From: Octopus vulgaris
Lineage: Eukaryota
Assembly: GCA_951406725.2 (NCBI GenBank)
Contig: OX597814.1
Location: 128,402,001-128,466,000 of the forward strand
Reading direction: 5' to 3'
Length of the DNA stretch: 64,000 nucleotides
Below the pieces are notes generated by a model, which had not been told where the DNA came from, ran no database searches, and was given only the letters and a program-made list of their open reading frames with translations. This document shows positions 53,442 through 64,000 of this stretch, one piece after another (the first letter of the stretch is position 1; every line of letters begins with the position of its first letter). Both the position numbers and the translations under genes were made by a program.

Positions 53442-54054
53442 ACAATCAAGGAACGGCCATAATAGGCCATTCACCCACTAGAAATAACAGCCAAAGCTTC
53501 AACCGCAAATAAAAGTTAATTCAGTAAACCAGGAGAAAATTTAAAAAACATTTACCCTGTAATTTCTTATACGATATACCGTTTCATCTGCTGATTAATG
53601 GTAAACTAACCTGATTAAATTAAATCAAGCCAATCTTCCACAGGCCCTCAGATTCTTCAGTAAGAAATAGCCCAAGACGGAACAGATATTTTCACGAGGC
53701 ATTTCCGACCTTGCCAAGTTTATATCTGACCTAAAATTTTCAAATCGTCGCACTCGCGCCAAATTTATCGGCAGCAAATAAATATAAGCCGTCGATTCCA
53801 TTACGGAATTAACCAGAAAATTCATAATTAATCAATATAGGGTGGCAAAAAAAATTTTGTAGAATTCTTTTGCCACCAGCGGCCTAGTAGGAAAAAATTA
53901 AATAGTCATAGACCATTTTTAAGTTCAACATCAACAATCAAGGAACGGCCATAATAGGCCATTCACCCACTAGAAATAACAGCCAAAGCTTCAACCGCAA
54001 ATAAAAGTTAATTCAGTAAACCAGGAGAAAATTTAAAAAACATTTACCCTGTAA
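53438..54054 (-). mobile_element. Non-coding hammerhead-bearing retroelement (retrozyme-like or Penelope pLTR-like); 492-bp unit plus 125-bp terminal redundancy
   Basis: 53438-53562 is identical to 53930-54054. The hammerhead lies inside, the 3' end abuts (TA)n, and CpGs are retained. Confidence 0.7.
53562..53668 (-). ncRNA. Type I hammerhead ribozyme, intact core
   Basis: Minus strand: AUUUCUUA-CUGAAGA-AUCUG-(58 nt)-CAGAU-GAAAC-GGUAUAUC-GUA^-UAAGAAAU. Stem I 8 bp, stem II 5 bp, near-palindromic stem III. Confidence 0.85.
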
Positions 54055-54398
54055 ATTAATCATGCCCTGGCATGGAAAGGAAATAAACTGACATTTACTA
54101 CAGCTAATGCAGTGAAGCTTTAAATCTTTGTATGTTCACTTTGCAACCATGAGATCGAGGATTCAGTCCCACTGTGTGGAACTTTGGGCAAGTGACTTCT
54201 ACCAGAGCCCTGAACCAACCAATAACATGTGAGTGACTTTGATAGATGGAAATTGTATGGCAACTCATTGTGGGTGTATCATCATCATCATCATCATTTA
54301 ATGGTCCACTTTCCATGCTGGCATGGGTTAGATGGTTTGACTGAGGACTGGCAAGCCAGATGGCTGCATCAGCCTCCAATCTGATCTGGCAGAGTTTC

Positions 54399-54437
<39 letters not shown>

Positions 54438-54454
54438 ATATTTATACATGTTGC

Positions 54455-54655
54455 TGGTGGTGCCACATAAAAAGCATTGGTGCCAGTGCCATGTAAAAAG
54501 TACTTGTGCTGGGGTCACGTAAAAATCACTTGTGCTAGTGTCACATAAAAAGCACTGGTGCTGGTGTCACATGAAAAGTACTGGTGCTGGTGTCACAAAA
54601 AACACTGGTGCCACATAAAAAGCACTGGTGTTGTGCCAAGTAAAAAGTACCCGGT
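54455..54655 (+). repeat. Degenerate minisatellite (ggtgccacataaaaagcact-like units) inside an interspersed repeat
   Basis: About 7 degenerate 20-27 bp units. Confidence 0.75.
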
Positions 54656-56193
54656 ATACTCTGTAAAAACAGACAATGGAGCCTGGTGCAACTCCTAGTC
54701 TTACCAGCACTTACCAAACCATCCAACCCATGCCAGCATGGAAAGTGGACATTAACCGCTAATGATGATGGTGTGAGTGTGTGTGTGTATGTGCTACTTA
54801 CAACTTGACAACCAGTGTTGGTTTGTAACTTAGCAGTTCAGCAAAAGATACTAACAGAATAAGTACTTGGGTTGCTCAGTTTGACTAAAACCTTTTAAGA
54901 TGTTGCCCTAACAGTGCTGCAGTCCCATGACTGAAACAAATAAAAGATATATGCAGAATATGAGGCAATAATTTACCAAGAGCTATCACTGCAGAACACC
55001 ACCAGCAAAAAAAAAAAAAAGCATTAGTGATGTCGGTGTTGTTATAATACTCACTGTATTAAGTATGGTAACTTAGCTAGTGATTTTCATGCAGATGGCA
55101 TACCTAAATACTCTTTCTCAAACATAAACTAATGTTCATAGCTACACATGTACAGTATTGTACATCTATTTAGGGTTCTCTCATCATTGCTTCAGAATGT
55201 ATGGTAACATTTCTTTCACTGAAGAGGACTAATAAAATTGAAACATAACCAGAGTTGTCTCCCATATCTATTGTAATAATTATAACTAGCGGGACCCGTG
55301 AATATTTCACAGAATTAATGGTAAACCTATTGGGTTATTTCTGAAAACTTTATCCAAACCCTGAAAACATAGCCTGTGTTGTCTGTATAGAAAGATAGTA
55401 ACTCATCTGCTACTCATTAAAAAGTGAAAGGAATTGGAATACGGTGATTACTTAATACACTTTATATACTTTATGCACAATTTTATAGACTTAATACATA
55501 GCACTCAAAATATTTGCTCTAATTTTTCAATTTTCCCCATTAACAAAAAAAAAAAATATTCCATAGATATGATACAACCTTTAGTTAAATTGCATACATC
55601 TGCCATATAAATAAACGTGAATATTTCACAGAACTGCACTTATGCATATGTGCTGATAGGTGAGATAAAAAAAACTCGGTTCAATTAAAAAAAAATATAC
55701 TTTCCACTATCCAATCACCACCACCACAATCGTCATCTCTTTCTTCCTCCCTTTTTCTCACTCCCCTCTCTCTCCGCCTTTCTTTAACCTCACCATCAGA
55801 ACATCAAACCTCAGCTAAAATTATATTTTCAACTCTCCTTCTCTACCTTCAACTAACTTTTATAACCACGTAATAAATATTATGTTCCCCCTACCTCATG
55901 TCATGGAAACTTCTCTCTCCCTCTTCACCTTATCCTCTTTTTGTCTCTCTTTCCCTTCAACTAATCACATGAAAGTGTTACAATTACATTCCCTCTACCT
56001 TTCATCATGGATGCTTCTCTTTTCCTCTTTTTTTCTAATCATGTGAAAGCCTTACCAATGGGTTAAGTAACACAATGACAAGCAGAATTGTTATAAGATA
56101 ATATTAATCATTGACTAATACTGTCACTTCCTTCTTGCATTAAAGCTGATAACAAAAACTTCACATACATAATACAAGGTTACTAATCTATAA

Positions 56194-56597
56194 TCTATAT
56201 ATATAAAGCTGAAGTCGTTTGTGTGACAGGTTTGGTAGCCTTCAACTAACACTATCTCCTCCGAGACCCTGTGGCGCAAGTTGACCAAAATTGAGAGTAT
56301 GATAGAAAAAGGCTTGCTCTTCATTCCGTAGCAGATAAAATTCAAATCGGACCATGTTAAGACCAAAAATTATTTACATCAAAAACGTGCTTTTTTTCTA
56401 TGAAAATCCCTATTTTTTATGATTTTTTGACAGCTGTGTCGCCATTTTTCGGTGTATTTCACCCAGAAAAATGTTCACTTAAAGAGAATTTTCAATTCAA
56501 TTCAATTCAAGCTACATAATGCAAAATTTTTACTTTTCAAAAATTCCAATTCTAAAGGGTCGAAACAAACCCGAGCAATGCCGGGCGATACTGCTAG
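56194..56597 (+). mobile_element. Non-autonomous Helitron, family A
   Basis: Same sequence and termini as 16109-16498. Confidence 0.82.
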
Positions 56598-59500
56598 TTA
56601 TTGACAAAACACATTTTAACAGCAGTGAAACCACAACTTTGCTGGTTGAAAAGTGCAGTTAGTTGATGATGGGCACTATAGACAATGGATATAAAATACA
56701 GAAAACTCGGGAAGAAGCCGTTAAACTAGATCTAAGATTGCTGGGCTTCGGGGATCTCTTTTACTCTTTTACTTGTTTCAGTCATTTGACTGTGGCCATT
56801 CTGGAGCGCCGCCTTTAGTCGAGCAAATCGGCCCCAGGACTTATTCTTTGTAAGCCTAGTGCTTATTCTATCGGTCTCTTTTTGCCGAACCACTAAGTTA
56901 CGGGGACGTAAACACACCAGCATCAGTTGTCAAGCGATGTTGGGGGGGGGACAAACACAGACACACAAACATCTACACACACACACACACACGTACATAT
57001 ATATATATATACGACGGGCTTCTTTCAGTTTCCGTCTACCAAAACCACTCACAAGGCTTTGGTCGGCCCGAGGGTATAGTAGAAGACACTTGCCCAAGGT
57101 GTCACACAGTGGGACTGAACCCAGAACCATGTGGTTCATAAGCAAGCTACTTACCACACAGCCACTCCTACGCCTACAGAAATGCAGAAGTGAAATGCTC
57201 CAAGCAGACATTAAAACAGATGATGATGATAACAAAGACAATGACAGTGATGAAAACAGAGCTGATAGCAAATTAGATACTGATAGCAGTGTTATGGAAA
57301 AATACAACAAAAATGTGTGATTTATGTAGAAAACAATTTCTGGGTTGTACATCTTTTTGTCTTATGTTAGATTTAATTCTAAATATCAATTTTCACTTAA
57401 TGGTTTCTAAAACTCTTGATACATTAGGAAAATTGGCTTCCTAATATTAAGCTTAAATTTTCAAGAGGACACATACAAGCAAATTTCTTATCATTTTTTT
57501 TTATGTATGTAAATTAACAAATAATCATTAAATTAACAAATAACCATCAATATTCCGGCATTTCTATTCATCATGTAATAGAAAATTATAGCAAAGCTGT
57601 TACCAAAAAGGAAATAGAAATGTTATGATAGCATCAGCATATTAATTAGTTCTCAGATGTCTATTGTCATAACAAGAAAACCATAGGATGTGTAAGTAGA
57701 TTAACTTATAAAATCTCTTAAGAGAACTGTTTTCAAATATGTATGTATGTGTGGATGGATATAAATATATATATAATTACTTTTCACAAATGAATCCTGA
57801 TGAGGCAATTATAGATAACGATCCAGTTTCAAGGTCACAGACAGATAAAGAATATTTTGTTAACACAATTTATTTCCTTCAACAGTGATACTGAAATGAA
57901 ACAATTTGCGATAAACATGACTGAACTAAGAGCTTTACTTCTTATTCTCTACGTAACATGTAATAAATCATAATCTGACTGTCTTTTTTGCTTTTTCTTA
58001 CTGAATGGATAGCTAAAACTGCCAACTATTTCCTTTACAGTCTTGGTAACAATATGGTTATAGCAAAACAAAATCTGTAATAATATTTTGTTTATTACAA
58101 CACTACAGGCACTCAATTGATTATGACGATGAGGGTTCGATTTTAATCAATCAGTGGAAGTGCCAGCTTGTGAAAGTAATGTTCATGAAGCTGAGCACTT
58201 CAAAGACATGTATACTTAACATAGTTCCCAGGGAGATTTGACCTGACACAAAATGTGACAAAACTGGCTCTTTGAAATACAGGTAAGACACATTTTTACC
58301 AGCTGAGTGAACTCATGACCTTCTAATCATGAGATGATTACCTTGACCACTAAACCACATGTCTTCACTCGTCGTCGTCGTCATCATTATTATTATTTAA
58401 CATCCGTTGTCCATGCTGGCAAGCTGGAAAGCTGCACCAAACTCCATTGGCATTGTTTCCAGCAGTAGAAACTGTGCCAGATCAGACTAGAGTCTGGTGC
58501 AGTCTTCCAGCTTGCCAGCCCATGTTCAATGTTACACTATGCTTCCAAAGAGAAATAACCCCATTTGAGCTATTATTTTTGAGTGAAGAAGTTCACTTGG
58601 AAATTACACAGTTTCAAGTTCAATCCCATTGTGTGGAACCTTGGGCAAGTGTCTTCTACTATAGCCTCAGGCTGACCAATACCTTGTGAGTGGATTTGGT
58701 GGACAGAAACTGTGCTGAAGACCAATGTATACATATGTAATGAGCATGTGTTTCTTTGTGCTTATATCTGTTTTCTACCTTACCAATACTTGACAACTTT
58801 GAGTCTTGTGCCTATAATAGAAAGGATTATTGTTACTAACACTATAATTGACCTTCATCCACTTTTTCCAGTTACCTCAATCTGTCATCTATCTCATTAT
58901 CATTAAAATATTTAGCATAATGAAATAATGTCTTGTATATACACACATACACACTTATATATATGACTCTGAACCTTATGGAAGAGATGACAAAGGACTG
59001 AGATATCTGGTGCCTTGCAGTATTCAAGACATTAGATATTTCCTTAACTTTAGTATAATGATAAAAAAATTCCAGAGGTTTAGTAAAAATGAAGAGAATT
59101 GTTTCCCTATACAATAAAGTTTTCAGACCTATGAGGGAGGCTGAAATAGTTGTCAACCCACAAGTAATAACAGCCAAATCTCCCTCAAATATGCTTTGAA
59201 GGAGACTGCCTTAAAAAAGAAAAATACACTGGCCAATGTATTCAGAAGTATATTTTGCCAGTAAAGACAGGGTGGTCATGACTGGAAAATTTTAAAACAA
59301 AACACTACCATTGCACCTATAAAAATAGCAATTCTCAACGGGTTAGAAATTGCAGCCAAATATCTCCCTCAAATCACACCCAACTGTTATGAAAAATTAA
59401 TAACAATGGACAATGTAGTCCTCCATACATTATGGCTGAAGAAAGACAGATTGTCATAGCAAGAATACCTTTTATTATACATCTGCTTAATGACAGCTGA

Positions 59501-59729
59501 TCAGGAATTAACAATAGCTTAAGGTTTCTATAATAAAAAAATAAGTTATGTATTATAGGTTGTTGCATGTGCGATGTTAATGTATTTGAAATACTGAGAA
59601 CAATAGATTTTGAGAAAGTGGCTGGTGTCAAAAGCATTGATTGCTGTACATAGCAGAGTTGTGAAAGTGAATTAGTATGAAAGGCATTGCTTGATATGGA
59701 CAAGAAAGTTATGGATGAAGCTTAAGTAA

Positions 59730-60118
59730 TCTCTCTATATATAAAATGAAGTTGTCTGTGTGTGGCAAGTTTGGTAGCCTTCAACTAACGCTATCTCCTC
59801 AGAGACCCTGCGGCGCAAGTTGACCAAAATTTAGAGAATGATAGAAGGCTTGCTCTTCCTTCCGTAGAAGGAAAAATTCAAATTGGGCCATATTAACACC
59901 AGAAATTATTTACATCAAAAAGGTGCTTTTTTTCTATGAAAATCTCGATTTTTTACGATTTTTTTTATTGCTGTGTCGCCATTTTTCAGTGTATTTCAAC
60001 CAGAAAAATGTTCACTTAAAGAGAATAACAAGCTCCATAATGCAAAATTTTTACTTTTCAAAAATTCCAATTCTAAAGGGTTGAAACAAATCCGAGGAAC
60101 GCCAGGCGATACTGCTAG
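59730..60118 (+). mobile_element. Non-autonomous Helitron, family A
   Basis: Same sequence and termini; more diverged. Confidence 0.8.
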
Positions 60119-61755
60119 TGTATATTTAAAAGTTGAAAACATGGTTGGACACTAAAAGTACCAAGTAGTGTAGAAATAGGACAATCAAGAAAGCAGTTGA
60201 GTGTCAAAAACATTGAGTATATAAGAAAGTTTTGAAAGTGTTTTGGCATGAAAGGCATTGACTGATGTAGATAAATAAGATGACTACATTGGGATGAATG
60301 TCTTACATAAATGGATGATGTATGTTAAGAGAAGTTTTCTTATCAATAGTTTATAGCAGAAGGTATTCATGGGAAAACTGAGAGTAGGCTAGAGGGGTTC
60401 TAAGAAAAATAGCCATTAGGGATGACATGCTGCCAGACTGACATGTATAAAAAAACTTGTGTAATACAAACCCATTCAACTCTTACCAGCATGGGATAGT
60501 AGATGGTAAACACATCAACAAGGTCATTCAACTAGCTAGATATAACAGCAAAGTTTACCTGAAGTCATACTAACATTTTAAAAATAAAATGAAGATAATA
60601 TTAAATAAGGTAATCCTAGGTACAACTATGGCTGAAAAATGACAATATAGTTATGCTTAGAAAGTTGTTTTTTTAATATAGATCTGTCTGACAAAGGCTG
60701 CCCTGGGGCTAAACTACAACAGCCAAGACAAGAAATGTTAAAATTAAATACAATAAAGATAATCCAAAATTTTAAGGAAAAGCCACATATTCCACATCAT
60801 TCTAGATTATTTGTCTATGGCACCATTTAATCTAGTTTTAGATATATAAGGATTTTTTTTTAATGGAAAAAGGTTTCAGTTTCACTAAAGTTAAGGACAG
60901 CTGTTTAATAAAAAGGAGTTAAGGTAAAAAATGTACTTTTATTCAATTCTTCTTTCAGATAAATCTCAGTGAAAGACAAAATAAAAGAATTTATCAGGAC
61001 TTTATATGGTGTCTCATTGTTCACTATGTAAATTTCAGCCCAAATTCAGCAACAGGAATAAATAAATAAATGGGTAAAAAAAATTTTTTTTTTAAATGAT
61101 AAACAGTTATTTAATCTTCCTGGAACTGTCAAGTTGACATCATGTACAACTTTGGCTACAAGCAAATAGTTTTGGCTCTGTGACCTTTTCACTGTAGTTA
61201 AAATGGAAGTCAGCAGCCTGGGAAGTGCAAAACAAGAGGGCAAATGAAATACTAATTGATAGCAAAATGTGAAAACACCTGAAAGTTACAATTAGACAGG
61301 AGACATCAGATGTCAAAATCTAAAGAGAATTTGAAATCCCAAACAATAATCTACGTTACTTGATACTTTATAAACACAAAGTATACAATTGCAGTTTGTT
61401 TGTTGAAGCCATTAAACAGTAAAAACTATTTAAATACCTTCAAGCTAATAATCCTTTTCAGCCTGGTTATGTATTCAAATAAAAAAAAAAAGATTTAGAA
61501 TAATTACTTTGCATTGCAACAATAATGATGAAGCCTGGTAGAGGCATTGTAATGTAATTCTATGTAATGCCACAAATTGTTAAGCATTTAAACCAAACTC
61601 AAAACTGAAGTGTGTTTACAAACAGTAGAGAAGTTCCCTCATAGATACCTGGTGACCTAAACACTTCAAGGAGAAAGATACAGAAAACACCTCAACAAAT
61701 TCTGTCTAATCTGATCTATGCAAGCATGGAATGGAAATCAAATGACGATGATGAT

Positions 61756-61756
<1 letters not shown>

Positions 61757-61820
<64 letters not shown>

Positions 61821-61976
61821 AAGAAGAAGAAGAAGAAGAAGAAGAAGAAGAAGAAGAAGAAGAAGAAGAAGAAGAAGAAGAAGAAGAAGAAGAAGAAGAA
61901 GAAGAAGAAGAACAACAACAACAATAACAACAATAACAACAACAACTGCTGCTGCTGCTGCTATCACCATCACCAC
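61757..61976. repeat. Compound (AAT)n(AAG)n(AAC)n(CTG)n microsatellite
   Basis: Direct inspection. Confidence 0.95.
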
Positions 61977-62989
61977 ATTTAAATCTGTCTTATTTGATTC
62001 AAACTCACAATCACAAAATTGGCTGAAAAATAAACTCAGAGCTGCATGAATAACTACCTATAATAAATCATAGATTTTATGCACTGACTGAGTCCACAGT
62101 AGAAGTGACATGTCTCAGTGATAAAAAGCTAGACTGCCTGCTCGTGCAAGAGGTCAAATCCACTGTAAGAAGTTTTGTTTTTCTTTTTGTCTTTCTTTCT
62201 ATAAAACATTTTTACACAGCTGGTAGAGATAGGTACCAGACCATCTGGGAATAGCTAACTGAAATAAATTGGTAGCTTATCCAGACGGAAATATATTTCT
62301 CATCTACATAATATCATGAAACTGGAACAAAGCACTGGTCCTTAAAATCACCTACCCTATGGCTGAGAAGACATTTAAATTTTACAATTGAGTCTAGCTC
62401 TCCTCCCTCTACTACAACAGAGAGAGTACCAGTTCTGTCAAAATTATTTCACACAAGATACTGGATGAAGCATTTTTACACTGTCATTTGATCCTACCCC
62501 AGTGAACACAGTATAATAGAAGCATGCATTGAAATATCAGTAGAGCTGGTGGATGGATGGAGGGAGAAATCAGCAATAACAATGATGTGAAATTTGATAT
62601 TCACACAGGGACAGGCATGGCAATGTGGTTATGAAGCTCACTTTGCAACTACATGATCTTGGGTTCAGCTGCCCTGTGTGCCAGTTTGAGCAAATGTCTT
62701 CTGCTGTAGCTCTTAAATGCCTTGAGAGTAAATCTGGTAGATGGAAACTGTGAGGAAGCTCATCGTATATATCTAAATATGTGTGCAATGGGTTTTATAT
62801 TTATATACATATATATATATATATATACATACACACACACACACCTTTGCTTTGGGATCACCAGTACTTTATTATATCCCCTTTCTTCCTAGCTTTCCTG
62901 GCTAACTACCTTTGTCCAACCAGTCGCCATGACTGACCGCTAACTCCAAAAGTTTTTTTTATTCTCTCTCTGTTTATTTCCTCGTGTTT

Positions 62990-63025
62990 CTTTCTGTTGA
63001 AGAGCATAGGCTCGAAACATAAAAG
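62990..63025 (+). ncRNA. Decayed minimal hammerhead motif in a Penelope-like 3' fragment (~62845-63113)
   Basis: CUUU-CUGUUGA-A-GAGC-AUAG-GCUC-GAAAC-AUA-AAAG; the fragment ends in (TA)n. Confidence 0.5.
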
Positions 63026-63112
63026 ACTTTTTCAATCCCCGAGCGTTATACTAATACATGTTTGTTTTCTACACCACCTGTTTCGTCTTTTGTTTTTTTC
63101 ATGAATTCTCCC

Positions 63113-63154
<42 letters not shown>

Positions 63155-64000
63155 TGTACACATACACATAACAGGCTTCCACACAGTTTCTGTTTACAAA
63201 ATTCACTCCCAAAGCACACACATAGACATGTGTGCATATATGTCTTTGTATCTGTGCTTGTACTCCACAACCACATGAAAACCAGTGTTGGTTTGTTTAC
63301 ATACTTGTAACTTAGTGGTTCAGCAAGAAATGCTGACAGAATAAGTAGTAGACTGAACCTCCAGCATGGCTGCAGTCCAATGACTGGAACAAGTAGCTGT
63401 AAGAAATGTAGACACTCTGAATACAATGAATAGGTTAATAGTTAAGTCTAAAACTGTTTGCTAAAAGAGAATAGCAGCTTTGTTCAACACAAGTTACATA
63501 ATTGCTTTCTAAATAATGGTAAACTTAAACCTAAAATCTACAACTTAAGAGTAGGTGATGAAGTCAGTTCTGAGAATGCTTGGCCTAACAGACAAGGAGT
63601 TAACAGAATTGAAATTAATGATAAGTTTTACAATAATCTGTCTAACTTGTGTTAGTCACAAAATGTAGTCATGAAGATGATGATGCTGATGATGACAGTG
63701 ATGACCTAACAGAATTGCCGCAATTTTTCATAGGAACAGAATATATAAAAACTATAAATTCATTTTTCATAAAATGGGCCATTTAACAAACTGAATGAAT
63801 TTTCTAAGTTCCACTGAATGTAACCTTAGAAACTAATATTATATATCAGTTGAACTGAAATTCTGAATTTAAAATCTAACCTATTTATGAATTTCAGACA
63901 ATCGTTAAATTCTAGAACATGATCTTTTTTTATTAAAATGTAACACTGAAAATCATTTTGTATATCATTGGAGTCTATATGTGTGTATAAATTGCTTCAT

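Noticed and set aside
54455-54655. CRISPR-like repeat array
   Set aside because: Degenerate tandem units without unique spacers, in eukaryotic DNA with no cas genes.
55200-55255. CTGAAGA...GAAACATA degenerate hammerhead
   Set aside because: Stem II barely pairs and stem I needs a large insertion.
57797-57905. CTGATGA as a hammerhead core
   Set aside because: No convincing stem II partner or GAAAC-NUH with stem I closure.
61706-62049. Poly-Arg, poly-Phe and poly-Leu ORFs
   Set aside because: (AAG)n/(AAT)n microsatellite.
41410-64000. Further upstream TMEM64 exons
   Set aside because: I found no reading frame with the expected RLTP.PFG.QN-type motif and splice sites; they probably lie beyond the window, though a small exon could have been missed.

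Overview
AT-rich, microsatellite- and transposon-dense animal DNA; the repeat families suggest an octopus genome (inference). It holds two convergent genes. (1) A class A (rhodopsin-like) GPCR on +, which I reconstruct as a 7-codon first coding exon (717-737, MESNTTE) spliced across a ~10.3 kb intron to a large 7TM exon (11011-12159), ~389 aa in total. (2) The last two coding exons of a TMEM64-like (DedA/VTT family) gene on - (41248-41409, 34063-34305); its upstream exon(s) lie beyond the window. The rest is tRNA-derived SINEs, non-autonomous Helitrons, Tc1/mariner/maT remnants, MITEs, an RTE LINE remnant and a Penelope-like RT remnant. The most notable signal is a set of five hammerhead-ribozyme motifs (plus one inverted copy). 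One intact hammerhead sits in a young non-coding 492-bp unit with an identical 125-bp terminal redundancy that starts 7 nt from the cleavage site (53438-54054), a retrozyme/circRNA-like element. Also seen: several fold-back duplications, a MITE carrying inverted telomere-like repeats, and CpG decay in repeats within the TMEM64 gene body. All calls are by eye; no searches were run.
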